This document shows positions 25,517-38,883 of a DNA stretch of 64,000 nt, in pieces. This DNA comes from the human T2T-CHM13v2.0 reference genome, Homo sapiens. Within the stretch, counting starts at the first letter, position 1. Every line of letters begins with the position of its first letter. The stretch lies in assembly GCF_009914755.1 (NCBI RefSeq), contig NC_060947.1; one strand, written 5' to 3'. A program made the translations under genes and the position numbers. Under the pieces are notes generated by a model, which saw nothing but the letters and a program-made list of their open reading frames with translations, was not told the origin of the DNA and searched no databases.

Positions 25517-27586
25517 TCTTAGGGCACAAAGATTTCTAAGTATCATTCAGCTTATTCCTCTGTCCTCGTAATTTAATTGTAAAAGAAAAAAAAGTGTGAC
25601 AGGGATAGTTATTAGAGACCTTCGATTAGCCAGCTGCCTTTTCTCTCCAGCCTTGCCATCAGCTTTGTGAAACTGGGGCCTACTGCTGGCTTCCCGGGAC
25701 TGTCGTGAAAGTAATAGGATTCTGTTGACAAAGCACTTGAAAATCCAGGGATGAAAGGGCCTGTGTAATTCCCGGGTTTGTTGGCCAGGCTAGGCTGTGA
25801 ATTGGGGTCTGCGTCTATACTGCAGCTGCCCCTACGCAACCACACTGATCTGTGCTTCCTTCTGCAGCCAAGGTCTACACCAGCATCTCACAGCACATGA
25901 GTCAACTGCATGTTTTATCGTCCACAGCACCGGGATGCCATGTTTTTAGATGCTCATGGCTTTGATTAGATTATAACATATTTGACGTTTCAGTGCTTAA
26001 CTGCTTTTGGGTGATCAAATATGTGGAAAACATCTTTCTCAGCCAAATAGCATATTTTCCAAATCCAAAAGAATTGAATATATTTTTCGCCTTCCTTCAA
26101 GTTTCCCATTGAATGTCACCCCAGAGACCAATTTAAAGCTTGAAAAGTTTAGACCAAAAATGTTTGGGAACAAATGAAAATGAGATGTGTCACCTAAGCC
26201 AGTATCCAGTCGGTGTCTCATGCAAAACTGTGAAAGCACTCGGTATTATTTATTTATAATAGGAAACTGGGGTTAGGAATTGATTTCCCCAGAATGCTGC
26301 TAGGGCGAGGCATGGGGCCCTGTGGCTGGCTCTGATATGAGATTCGAGACCTAAGGGGAAACTGAAATGACTCTAGACCCTTAAGGGTTTTGAAACAGGT
26401 GCAGTCTCTCTTCTTTCCCTCTGGGAAGCATGCTGTCCACAGTTGGATGAATGCTTCAGCAGCAGTTCACTGAGCTCTTGGATGAAAATGGCAAATTTCT
26501 CCCCAAATGAGCTTATTATCTGCTGCTGTTGGGTGCAAGGCATCCCTCAGCTATGGCGGGAATTACAGCTTCCATCTGTTCCCTAATGTGAAAAATGTGT
26601 GCAGGCCTCTGTGCTACCAAGCTACATGAACTTTAGACATTCAGATCTGCTGACACATTTGGGTCGCGGCCTCAGAATGGCTTTTGTCAATTATTTCATT
26701 ACATATCCAAATAACCATCCTGAGGGTGGTCTGGATTTGTGATCTGTGACAGTGTGGTGCTGACATATTTCTTGCCCTTGGAACTATCTGTTTTTTGGCT
26801 TTGTTTAGGGATTGATGATATATAAGTACTCAGTATATTTAATCATTATTACTTTTGAAGTTAGCACAGTACCACCATTATGAAAAATTCTTGAGTACAG
26901 TTACAGCCAAATCCACATCATTAATTCTTGGCTTCTTCCCAAACTCTCCAGTCTTTCTCCTTGCTCCATTATTTTGTTCAGACAAATCAAATAATGCTTT
27001 GTGCTTAGAGAGCAACTTTCATCAGAAAATTTTAAGACCCTCTGCAAATTTTTATTTCTCTAAGTACAAATAAATATCTTCAGAGAGCCATGCATATTTA
27101 AGCATGTTTATTTGTGCTGGGTTTTTTCAATGGGTAAGAAAAATTATGGCTTTCTGTGTGCTCACTTTGGAATAGAGACATGCAATGTACAGACTTAAAT
27201 TTTACTTGACATATTTAATAAATATCCCTTGAATAATGATTAGATACAGAGTCATATATGTTCTTGAGAATATGGCCAGGCATTAGTTTCTTCTACTAAT
27301 TTTATATACTTGAACATTGTCAGAGTTACAGCTGGTGCATTAGGTGGATAATTTGTTTCTATCAATTAATAACTGCTTCTGATTGTCACCTGGAGGAGGA
27401 AATGCTTTGACTAAAGTAAGCAGCATTAACTCACCAATTGAAAATTACAGTCTGTTATTTAAGACTTAACTTGAAGTTTAATTGTTGTCGGGTGGTCTAG
27501 TGGTTGGTTAATTGGTTTACTCAATACTACAGATCTATTTTCACAAACTGATCCATTCTGTATTTTTTCACACTGTTAGGTGTCCT

Positions 27587-28041
27587 TATGGCATAGAAAA
27601 TGCTAGATATTTACCCAACTCTATATTCTTTTTGTTCTGGACACACAGAGAGACTACATTTCCCAGCATTCATTGTAGTTAGTTGGATAGAACCCTGTGA
27701 TTGAGTTATGACGAATGAGATGTGAGCAGAAGTAATGGAGTCCACTTTCAGCCCTGGCCTTAAATTTTTCCTTTCTAGTCCTCCAAATAGTCTCTCCTTA
27801 TTGGCCTGTTGGCTAGATTCAGAGAATCTGGTGACATACACTAGGCCTGTTGGAGAAGGTGGGGCCACAAGATAGAAGGAGCCTGATTCCCTGAATGACT
27901 TCATGGAGCAGAGCATCTCAGCTGAACTGTGTGTGTGCTCAGCTCCAGTGTGACAGAAGCAGGAAACTGACCTCTGTTGCCTAAAGCCAGTGAAATATGA
28001 GAATTGTTTGTTACACTAGTTAGCCCACCCTAACTAATCTT
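27587..28041 (+). mobile_element. MaLR solo LTR, MLT1J-like
   Basis: acacacagagagactacatttcccagc...tgtgagcagaagt...gccacaagatagaaggagcctgattccctgaatgac...gaattgtttgttacac. Confidence 0.8.
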
Positions 28042-28356
28042 GTATATGTGGCCAAAAATCAGTACTGTCCTCATACACATTCTACAAGTTTCAGAGGGGC
28101 ATGTAGAACACACTTCTCTGTAATTTGCACTGAACAGTAGGTCGTGAAAATGCATAACCAATGAGCCATGTGGCTCTTTGATCACCATGTCCAATTAAGC
28201 CACATGGTTATGTGATTTTCTGGTTTGAGTCAGCTTTTTATCTGGGGCAGATGCAACTGTGGACAGTTTCTTGTAGTAAAAACTGATCATTTCAGTAAGT
28301 GGCTTCTCCAGAGGATGGAGAGGAAGGTACAGAAATTCATGTTAATTACCAAACAC

Positions 28357-28660
28357 TTCAGGCTTTAGCTTCAGATTTTTTTTCTCTGAGAAACCTTTTC
28401 TAACCCCACTCATGTCTGGGTTGCTTGCCTCCCATGCCTCCCACCCTGTGTTCTTGCCACTGCCCATGCACCTACAGCGACTTCTTACCTCACTGGCTGG
28501 TAATGTCTAGCTCTTGATCTTGACTCTCTTTCTTTGTAGACCATATGTCTCAGAGGGTAGGGGCCATTTAAACTTGGCTCAGTGTTGTGTCCCCAGCATT
28601 CTGCCCAGTGCCTGACACATACACATTGTTGACTGAATGATTAAAGGAAATAAATGAATG
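28357..28660 (+). mobile_element. L2 3' end
   Basis: gtgtccccagcattctgcccagtgcctgacacat...tgttgactgaatga...aatgaatg. Confidence 0.7.
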
Positions 28661-29025
28661 ACAATGGGATTTTGGTTATCAAGCATGAGCAATAGCCTTA
28701 GGATCATTCATGAGCTGCTCCTCAGACCACTTAAGTAAGGCAGGCTGTATTTTTTTTTCCTGCCTAACAATAGGAAATATAAGAAGGGAAACTGACGTTC
28801 ATTTTTAATCAACAGTCAAAACACAAATCAGAATTAGAAACAAGGGCAGAATCTATTTTCAGGTTTTGTTTTATTAGCCCCTGTGAGTTTTTAAGAGTTG
28901 AAACTCAACTAATTGGTAGCCCAAATTCCTTAACAAAAACGTTTTAGAGCAAAAATACAAGTAGAAGTTAGAGCCAGATCATCTGTTTATGGCCCAAGAC
29001 AGCTCTTGATGTTTTACTCTTTTGT

Positions 29026-30030
29026 GCATTCATTTGATGAACATTTATTGAGCCTCTTCTATGGCAGAGTCTGTTTCTAGGTGCTGGGACACAGTAGTGC
29101 ACAAGACAGAATGAACCAGCTCTCAAGAAGGCAACAGTTGAGTGGTAGACAGACTGACAATAAACAATCAAGAAAATGTCAGATGGGATAAAGTTCCCTG
29201 AAAAAAAAAAAAAGGGAACGGATTGATGTGATGGAAAGTTCCTGGATCCCGAAGATTCCATAGTCAGGAAGGCCTCTGGGGAGGGAGTATTTCCCTGACA
29301 CAGAAGTTGAAGCCTGAATGACCAAAAGTAGTCAGCCATATAGAAATCTGGGAGGAGAATATTCTGGGCAAAGGAACATATCTGGATTTGTCTGCTCCTG
29401 AGATGAGGGAAAGTGGCCTGTCCAGGAATGGGACTATGTCTTGAGTGGTGGGAGCAGAGAGTATATTGGGTGGGGAGGGGAAAAGTGGAGGGTTGAAGGA
29501 AGGAGTTGGGGTGAGAGACAGGTAGAGGGTTGTTTATGGAAAGCCTCATTTGCTCTGTTTCCAGAGTCTGGATTTAAGTCAGAGAGCAATGGGTAGCCAT
29601 GAGAGAGATTTTAAGCAGAAGAGAAGAATGAGCCACCATGCATTATAGGAAGAATACTCTGCTGCTCTGCAAAGAAATCACCCCAACCCAGGCCCCAGAT
29701 GAAGGCCTGACTACGGGAAAGGTCAGAAGGTGTGAAAAGAAGCAGCCAGGTCTGGAACCGCTTGGGAGGTAGAATTTAAGGCCCTTGGAAGTAGACTGGA
29801 CCTGGGGATTGGGACAGAGGACAGAGTCCTGGGCAATGCCCAGGTTCCTGGCTTGGGTGTTGGATATAGAGGTTATAGGTGTCCACCTCTGAGACAGGAA
29901 GCTCCGAGGAAGAGTGAGTGTGCAGAGGATGCTGAGGAGTTGGTTCTGGCCATGGCCAATCTGAGGTACCCATGACATTGCCTACAGGGACCATAGAGGA
30001 GACATTTAATATGTGGCTAGGCCTAGAGAA
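29026..30030 (-). mobile_element. L2 (L2a-like) fragment, ~1 kb
   Basis: cattcatttgatgaacatttattgagc...ctaggtgctgggacacag...gtcaggaaggcctct...tattctgggcaaaggaaca. Confidence 0.85.
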
Positions 30031-30389
30031 AAGAGGTAGGCATTCTGGGTAAACAACCAGGTGCTAATACAGAGGAAGAACACAAGGAAAGGCAGGATGA
30101 GGTCAGATTCTGAATGTTTAACCACTTGATTTTATATGACATTTATTTTTGCTTCCTTGTCCATCTCCTCAAGATGGTAAATAGTCATTTCTGCCTCTCC
30201 AACCTAGTCTGCTGCAATCTGGGCTTTCCCTGGTCTCCTTTCTGCTCCTACCCATTAGCTTTTATCCTCAGAGATCTTCCCCTTCCCGACACATGATCTT
30301 GCTATTTCTTTGGTCCTTTCTCTGGGGCTCTAGGAAATGAGCCCCCCAGGTAGTGACTCATTCCCTGAACATTAGTGATGAGCAGGCTG

Positions 30390-30532
30390 CCGCTGGAGCC
30401 TGTGTGCAAGCCTGGGTTTATGCCCTAGCTCTGCTGTTCTCTAACAGTGTGGTTCAGGCCTCCCTTTCCTCATCCGTAAAATGAGGGGATTGGACTGAAG
30501 AGTACTTTGAGCTTTAACATTTTCTAATTCTA
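30390..30532 (+). mobile_element. MIR3-like SINE
   Basis: cctgggtttatgccctagctctgc...tttcctcatccgtaaaatgaggggattggact. Confidence 0.7.
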
Positions 30533-31520
30533 AGTTGTCCCAGTCCTCAGGGTGAAGTGAATGGCCTCTTCTGAATTGGGAGTTGGAGCTTGTGTAATAG
30601 CCATCAATACCTGAGAGAGAATAGCTTTTGTTTGTGTGTGCAAGGCCCTGAGGAGGCTGGGTGGGCTGCAGCTGTTCAGCTTCAATTAAAAACATACACA
30701 AACCTCCTGCTTTGTTTCGGTTTCAAACCTTGACCATTTGACTGAGTGTGTCTGAATTCCTAAGACTCCAGTGTAGGTGTGGGGAGGCACTACTCCACAG
30801 GCTTCATTCAACCCCCTTGCTTTTCAAATTTCATTTATTGAGGGCAAGAGAGATTTTGAAGTCCTGGAGATACAAGGAAAGAATGTACCTTGGCTTTAAA
30901 AGCCATTGGCAAGCAGCTTCCCGTGCCCATTTATCCATCCCTAGTCAAGGGCGTCTTAAATGCCAACATGGGCTTGTGAGCCCTGGTATTTGGGCAGGCA
31001 TTTCTAAGTGGCTTAAGAGAGAAAATGAGTCTGTCAGTTATGAAGAGTCTGCCAACTGCCTGTGGTGGTCTTGAAGCAACCTCACTTCCTCCAACAAAAG
31101 CAGGAGTCCCCATGGCTAAAATCATGTTCTGGAACCTCAGGCAGCTGTCCTGTCACTTCAGGGTGGGATGTGTGCACAGGCCCTAGGTCCTGAGGCTGCA
31201 TCTGTACCTGCTTGGGGCGGGAATAAGTTGATAGCCTCCGGGCTGTTGGGGTACACCCAGTAAGCAAGCCATGACCAGAAATGAGTTGCAATTCCACTGA
31301 GTGTGGTGATGGCCTGGAGAGCAGGGCACAGAGCAGGATCCTGGGCAGATGCAGGACGATGGGTGCTGCAGGCCAGCAGAGCAAGCATTTAGGGCCCTGC
31401 AATCAGGCGTGGTTTGAGAGGTCTAGCAGTCAGGATCATCAGAAGTAGAGGCAAGGTGTATGGGAGGGCTCCACGGGCGGGCCAATGCCTGGACAGAGAG
31501 GGGTTTCTCAGTGACCTCTT

Positions 31521-31842
31521 ATTTTATTATTAAAAAAAAATTTTTTTTTTAGATGGGTTCTTGCTCAGTCACCCAGGCTGGAATGCAGTGGTGTGATCAT
31601 AGCTCACTGCAGCTTCATCCTCCGGAGCTCAACTGATCCTCCCACCTCAGTCTCCCAAACAGCTAGGACTATAGTCATCCACCACCATGCCCTGCTAATT
31701 TTTTCTTTTATTTTTTGTATAATAGAAACGAGGGGTCTCCCTATGTTGACCAGGCTGGTCTCAAACTCCTGGGCTCAAGCAATCCTCCTGCCTCAGCCTC
31801 CCAAAGTGCTCGGATTATAGGCACAAGCCACTGTGGCCGGCC
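31521..31842 (-). mobile_element. AluJ, full length
   Basis: J-type gatcatagctcactgcagc. 14-bp TSD ctcagtgacctctt (31507-31520) / ctcaatggcctctt (31843-31856). Confidence 0.9.
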
Positions 31843-31911
31843 CTCAATGGCCTCTTTGATGTCCCCTGCAAAGTGTTGTTGGCTTTCCAAGCAGGGAGAA
31901 GGGAATTAACA

Positions 31912-32010
31912 TGAGGCAGAGGCAGTTACTGCTTACCAATATGCATGTTCTTCTCTTCTTCCTGGACACACGGCCAGGAAGACTAAATTTCCCAGCCTCC
32001 CTTGTAGTGG
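31912..32010 (+). mobile_element. MLT1-type LTR 5' fragment
   Basis: tgaggcagag...ttcctggacacacggcc...gactaaatttcccagcctcccttgtag. Confidence 0.6.
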
Positions 32011-32576
32011 TGGAGTCGTGCTAGACAGCGAATGAAGCCCAGGCTCTTTCTCCTCCTTTCATTTGCATGTGCGTGTGGGAAGTGGGGATGGGGGTAGGGG
32101 GGAGGTGGAACTGTGGCTAGGCTAGGAGATGTAGCTTGTTCCTGATGAAGGTTGGAGTGAAGTGCTCGGTCTTCCAAGAGGCCTTCACAATCTTCCCCCA
32201 GAGACCTGGATGAACCACAGGATATAGGTATGAGTCTCAACTGACAGGAACCTAGGGTATTGGAAGTGATAGAGATGGCAAAAAGTGATTTCTTGACTGG
32301 AAAAATATCCCCAGGGGCCTGCTGGTGAGGCCACATTCATGTCCCTTACATAGTGGTGCCCTCTGTGAATCCTGCCCTCTCAGTCCCTCCTCACTGTCTC
32401 CCTCAGTGGAAGAAAGGAACACAACCTGACACACCCCCATCCTCCATGCTCTTCTTCCTCATGCCACACCCTTCCTTGCCCTCTGTAGCCACACCCTGGG
32501 CCTTCACTGTCAGTGTAGCCTGCAGGGTCTGCATAGCACAATAGCTTGCGTCACATCTGGAATTATCATTGGAGTT

Positions 32577-32775
32577 GTAGGTCTCAAGCTCAACTGCCTA
32601 CGCAGCCAGGCAGCCAGCTTCAACGTGTGACAGAGTTGGCATAGCATACTAAGGAGTAGTGGGGACTGAGATGCTGTGTGTGTTGTAAGCAAATAAAGGC
32701 ATTCAAAGTCAATTTAAATATACATCATTGTACTGTTTAAGCAGGACAGCTCCCCGCAAGCTGCCTACCTCCAAA
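32577..32775. mobile_element. MER58C/MER102-like hAT-Charlie fragment
   Basis: ctcaactgcctacgcagccaggcag...ggagtagtggggactg...taaaggcattcaaa. Confidence 0.5.
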
Positions 32776-32909
32776 TGAAATCTACTATTATTTATTTCTC
32801 ACAAGGACTAATGAAAGGGCAAAACTACAAGCCATGTCTAAAAATTCTGGTTTACCCTTTTCTGTGCCTAGCAGAGCATGGTGTAAAAACAATAATTAGT
32901 ATTCGATTT

Positions 32910-33357
32910 CTTTTTTTACCCTTTGAGTGATGTCTAACATACATACAGAAAAGCATCCAAATCATACAATTCAAGGAATTATTACAAAGTGAACACACTC
33001 CTGTACCGGCTACTAGGTCAAGACTTAAAACATTATTAGCTTCCCAGGATACCCCATGAGCTGTTCTTCCTCCCCAAAGGAAATCACTCTCTTGATTTCT
33101 AACACCATAGATTAGATTTACCTGATTTCTAACTTTAGAAAAATGGAATCACACAACATGTACTCTTTTGTGTCTAGCTTTTACTCAACATTATATCTGA
33201 GATTCACCCATACTGCATGTGACAGTGGCTTGTTCATTCTCATTGCTGTATAGTATTCCATGGTGTGAAACACCAGAATTTCTCTATCCATTCTACTATC
33301 AATTAGCATTTGGTTATTTGTGGGTTTTGGACTCTCACTAATAGTACTGCAGCATGA
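32910..33357 (-). mobile_element. Old L1 (L1ME-like) 3' fragment
   Basis: aacatacatacagaaaag...tttctaacaccatagattag...aaatggaatcacac...cattgctgtatagtattcca. Confidence 0.85.
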
Positions 33358-33500
33358 GAGAAAGCCCTCAGGCAGAACAACAGAGAGAACTGGATGGTTG
33401 TGGTGGGAAATGGTCACAGTAGCAACAAGTGGACTTAGAGGTGAGCCAAGGCATGATGGGAAGAGATGATAACAGCATCCGCTACCAAGCCCCTCTAGAA

Positions 33501-34016
33501 CAGCAATTGTCAAACTTATAGATCAGGATGGTTTTATACTATTAAAAATTATTAAGGGCCCCAGAGGGCTTCTGTTTGTATGAGTTATATAAATATTTAT
33601 CATATTAGAAATTAAAACTGAGAAATAAAAATATTTTCTTAGTAATTTATTTCAAAATCAACAAACAATAATTACATATACTACATTATATATAACATGT
33701 TTATAAATAAAATATTTTGAGGAGAAAATTCTATATTTTTCAAAACAAAAAATGTCAATGAGAAGAATGGCTTTCTTGTACTTTTTTTGCAAATCTCTTG
33801 ACTAGCAAGCAATGTGGCTTAATAGAAGACTGCTGGATTCTCATATCTGCCTCTATGTTCCATCTGGTATGGTATCACATGTCACTCATGAAAGAATGAG
33901 TGAAAATGGCAAGTAGTGTATTAATATCATTATAAAAATAGTTTTGACTTTGCAGACTCCCTGAAAGGATCTCAGGGATCCCCAGAGGTTCCCTGAACAA
34001 AACTTGAGAACCACTG
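33501..34016 (-). mobile_element. Charlie1b-like hAT element with 8-bp TSD
   Basis: Termini cagcaattgtcaaact / ttgagaaccactg. TSD ctctagaa (33493-33500) / ccctagaa (34017-34024). Internal ttaatagaagactgctggattctcatatctgc. Confidence 0.8.
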
Positions 34017-34228
34017 CCCTAGAACACCATGGCCAAGTGCCAGCCAGCTTTAGAATAGAAACGTCCAATGAATTGAAAGCTCTAAGTTAGCCCACACAAT
34101 GGGGAGTTGCTACTTACTGCAAATCACCATGAATTAATTTGCTTCTTAGCTGATTAAAAACCCATATGTTCTTCTCAACACTTTATAATCCTTCAGTTTG
34201 AAATGTATTGCTTTTGTTCATTTTAAGC

Positions 34229-34766
34229 CAGCAATGTGCATTAGAAATATGATGTGAGTCATTTACGTAATTAAAAAATTTTTAGTAACCATTTAAAAAA
34301 TGCAAGAGAAATTGGTGAAATTAATTTTAATAATGAATTTTATTTAGCCCACTCTTTTCAAAATATTATCATTTTGGTATATAAAATCAACATAAAGTAT
34401 AATCATAAAAATCAAATCAATATAAATTATTAATGAGATAGCTTACGTTCTTTTTTATACTAAGTCTTCAAATTCCAGTGTATATTTACATTTATAGCAC
34501 ATCTGAATTCAGATGGTAAATTTTCATCAGAAATACTTGATCTGTATTTAGATTTCATATCATTCTATAAAATTTGAAAAAGTAGATTCACAAATCCAGG
34601 TTCTTCCAAATGTACTTAAAAGTTTTCCAATAACTGAATGCAGTATCCATATTCAAATTAATTAAAATCAAATGAAATTAAAAATTCAGTGCCTTATTCA
34701 CACTTGCTACATTTCAAGTGCTCTATAACCACATATGGCTAGGGGCTGCCATATTGGAGAGAGCAG
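34229..34766 (-). mobile_element. hAT-Charlie non-autonomous element, same family as 25002-25516
   Basis: Shares ttttcatcagaaatacttga..tgtatttagatttcata with the first copy. The minus strand translates MKSKYRSSISDENLPSEFRCA. Confidence 0.8.
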
Positions 34767-37310
34767 ATCTAGATTTTTAATCCTTTGCTTTTCTTATCTA
34801 TTCTATCCCTTTGTTCTTCAGTGCTTAGAAACTTGATTAGGAAAAACTTACTCATTCTCATTATTTGCCTAGAAAACTGGTGCCATGATGGATTTCTTCA
34901 TAGGCAAGTTAAGATATTTGACAAAGAGAGAGGTAGGGGTGGGAGAATCACTGTGTAGCCGTAGTTTGCAATGGCAGGTTCCCTTTCAGCTTGGCTTCCA
35001 GGACTTTCTCATTTGATATTTTCACAAAACTAGAATAATCTCACCTTGTTTCTGAAACAGCTGTGAAATATGCTGCAGCCCCCAGCCAGCCCTGGAATGG
35101 ACTTCTTTCTGGTTGGACATGGCAGAAACTTCAATGGGATGACACTATGGACTTAGACCAGGCTGCTGTGCTTATTTGAACTAAGCACTGGGAAGTTTGC
35201 TAAGTGCTTAGTGATGAACTCCACATCAGTGTCAGAAAGATAAGGCAGGTTTTCTTGCCGTTTGTCTCCTTGCCTTCATTCAATGGTATGCTATCCAAAA
35301 GGTAAAGGGACATAATGGAATGAAATTCTAAGCCGAAAATGCAGCTCTGAGGTTAGCATCTTATAACTCAAAGGCAGCAAAAATAATTTAACAAGTTTCA
35401 AAGGGGAGAGCCGAAGAACATCTGTACAGAGTTATTTAAAGATTTTGTTCTGTTTGTGAACTGCATCACTTCCAAGCCATTTTGAATACAGGAAAATGAA
35501 AAGTTACTCCATTTGACACAATGGGGATCTCTTACTTATTACTCTCCAAATGAAAAAGACGAATTCCAAGTCTAAACATTTGATCCCATTGCTGCAAGTT
35601 TTGTGGCTGGTCAGTTGTTTGTCATTGAATGGGCAAATGAGAAAAATGAGTTTTATCTCCCTCTAATATTTCCCCTTCCCCAAGTTGATTGCTTAAGCTT
35701 TTAGCCAATCTTAAAATTCCATCATATCCATTCTCCTAATGTTGGACTCAACAAGAATTCTGCATCTGGGTGCATGATGTCATTTACAATAAATCTAAAA
35801 GGAACTGGAAAGCTTCTGGAATTTCCTTATCTGAGGTAGCCAAGCTAAATAGACTTGATTGGCATCCATCAGGAGCTCAGTGAGGGCTAGCACCATTCTG
35901 GTTGAAATGATTTCACGCTAAATGACATGCCAAGACTGAAGTTTTCCTGGGCTCCTTGTTGAACCAGATACTCTAACTTTTCTGTTTCCAAGCCCACAGT
36001 GCAGAGTGTCAGAGGACCAATGACCACACAATACTACTGGCTAGGCACAAAATGCCTTTCAATTAATACAATCAACTCAGAATCAGGAGTTACATAACTA
36101 ATACAGCAACTGTGCACCATCTTGAATACATTTGGATTGGGGAAGCCAAGCCTTTCTTTAGCATTCACACTAAAGGCACCAGAGTCATCAAGAGATGAAC
36201 CAAAGTTCAATCTGAGTGCTAGAACTATTAGGGACCTCAGTGATCATCTAATGCTGTCTCTCTTTTCCTGAATGGTCTTGCTCTTAGGACCATTTTAATG
36301 TTCTTTCTCTTTTCTGGGTAAAATACAGTTAATACAGTTTTGTTTTTACTAGGATCCTCATGCAATCTTAGGTGAAGTGTTAGCTAGTTCTAGAACTGTA
36401 GAAAACCCCATGGTTTCTCCTCCTCTCCCATGCCCAAATCCTCTTCTACCTGCTGGCTGATGCCTCTAGTTTTACCATTCCAGGTTGGTCCTCTCAGCAA
36501 TAGGCTTGATTTCCATTAAAATGCAAAAACCCTAGGACAGGCTTAAGCCATTATCAGGTGTTTTTCACTTTGTTGTGAAGGAAGGGTCAAAGTAATATGT
36601 TGTGGAATGAAAGTTTTATTTCTGTAAGGCCAGAGGGTTAGAGAAAGGAAGAGGAAGTGCCAGCCTGGAGGGCAAAAGGTTCTAAACTGGGAACTTGGGG
36701 GCCCACATGGCAGCTCCACAGACTCTCACTCCTTCTCCCAAAATGTCTTTATTTGTATGTATTTGTCTTTGGACTCCCTGTGGTGATCAGGTACTTGGTA
36801 ATTGTTCTTGCTACAACTGGAGCTCTGCCAAGTGGAAGGTTCCCAATTGAGAGGCAGCTCAAATCCGGGATGAGGGTCCCCAGCCTTGTCAGAAGGGTGT
36901 GTTAGTGCTTTTTTTTTTAATCCCAGTTTGTGGAAGCAGCAGTGGGGATCTGTGCAAAGAGGGAAGGTTAGAGTGTTGTTTTCAACTTCATTTGATATGG
37001 GAACTCTTTATCCAGGCTCAAAGGAGAGCATTGCATAAGGGGGCATATGTAGCCTCTCATGCATGCATATGCATGCTTACACCCATGGACTCACACACAA
37101 ACACACACAACTCTGTCTACACATGAATGTTCCTCCTGAAACACTCAGCAAAGCAAGTGACAGACGTTTCCTGTGGGTAGCTGGGATTTCAATCCTGCTC
37201 TTGCTTATTGTCTGTTTTACTAGGATTGGAATGTGAGTGATGGGAGATGGTAAATCTGTACTTTCTGAGGCAGGATAATGGGTTCCCTACCATTTATCAT
37301 TGGGGTAACC

Positions 37311-37535
37311 CAGCATAGTGGTCAGGAGCCCAGGCTCTGCCATTTACCACCTCCAATGCCTTGGGCAAGTTGTTTAACCTCTCTACACCTCAGTTTCCTG
37401 ATCTGTAAAATGGAGGTAATACTATTATCTATCTTGTAGAGTTGCTGTAAGAATTAACTGAAATAGCACATACAAAGAACTTAAAACCATGCCTGACACA
37501 TAGTAGGTGTTCAATACATATTTGCTGAATGAATA
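37311..37535 (+). mobile_element. MIR SINE
   Basis: ccttgggcaagttgtttaacctctctacacctcagtttcctgatctgtaaaatgg...tgcctgacacatagtaggtgttcaata. Confidence 0.85.
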
Positions 37536-38841
37536 AACCATTACATTTATCATTATTATATTATTACCATGAAGAAACTTCCATTGCATGTTGGCTTTAG
37601 ATTTAGTGGAAACAGTGAGGAGAGAGTTAAGAGTTGTGACTTCTGTTATTACAGTAGGGCCAGATTGCCCTGCAGGCTCATCTACAGATATTTCTCAGTG
37701 TGTGAAGGAAAAGAGAAAACAACAACTAAATGCCTGAAAACAAAACAAACAATGAAATCTGGGGTGAGGGGGAGAGGGAGATTGACATCTTGCAATTAAA
37801 GAACAGCTTCTGGAGAGACAGTTGAGTCAGGCCTGGATATTTCCTGTTTCTAGCTCCAGACTTCAGTTGGAAGTATTGTGCTTCCTCCTGAGTTGAAATT
37901 AATCACAAAAGCAAAGCATATTGTTCTCTTTTTTGCAGCACTCCTCACTTCTTGCTCCCTTCTCTGCTTCTTGTCCTGGGTCTCTGCCCTGATATAGAAA
38001 CCAAAATGGCAACACTTCCTTGATGAGAGCAGAGACTGAGTAGCGTGGGGCTCTATAGTGGTATGGAGTACTATGTAAACTCTTCTTGGTTAATCTCCTG
38101 ATGAAAAACAACTGATGGACTCAGGAACTGGGTCCTGAGTGCTTTATCACTGAGGCTCCCCATTTCTTGACCATGTGGTGAGGACGGCTTCAATGGACAC
38201 TGGCATCAGGCCTGGTGGATGGAGGTTGGAGTAGCTGAGGGGCAAGGCAGCTCCAGGCCACAGCCAGGCCTTTAATTTTCCACACATGTTCACACATGTA
38301 CAGGAATTCAGCAGATGGGCTGCAAGCAAGCTTGGGCAGCAATCCACTGACAAGTAGCAGTAGCTCTGAATAAATCACATTGGCCTGGGCTGCAAATTTA
38401 GCTCCAGGGAGTGGGGACTCAGGCAAACAAGGAGAAAAGGCATTCACCCAACTTTTTCCTGAAATGCCAGAGGAACAAAACAGGTCAGTGGTGAATACAA
38501 AATTAGCTTCTGGCCACCCTCCAAAGTGATCTGACCTATTTGGGACTCATCAAGAATAAGGCAAAGGAAGTTCAGTTGCCTGCATCTTGATCTGTCAAGG
38601 GAGAAGAGAGAGGGCACAAATCGCCAGGTGGCCAGATTCCCTGAGTTACTGGTTATGGAGCATATGAATGGATATGGCTGGAACTCATGAGAAGGGCTCT
38701 GGGACAATGACTTTGGGCCAACCCCTAGCACAACTTAGCATGCGAATGATAACCCCGGTGGATGCATTGGTAATCTAGTGTGCCAGCTTGGTGGCCCTGG
38801 CCACTGAAAGGATTGTATCGCATTCTGAAACTCTTCCTGCA

Positions 38842-38883
38842 GTCTAAGGCCATACCACCCTGAATGCACCCAATCTCATCCGA
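38842..38883 (+). pseudogene. 5S rRNA retropseudogene, 3'-truncated (nt 1-42), tailless, with TSD
   Basis: gtctaaggccataccaccctgaatgcacccaatctcatccga versus 5S GTCTACGGCCATACCACCCTGAACGCGCCCGATCTCGTCTGA: 36/42 identical, and five of the six changes fall at CpG positions. Flanked by gaaactcttcctgca / gaaacccttcctgca. Confidence 0.9.

Noticed and set aside
28968-29549. Longest ORF in the track (193 aa, minus strand)
   Set aside because: It lies almost entirely within a decayed L2 element and has no domain or coding-like composition.
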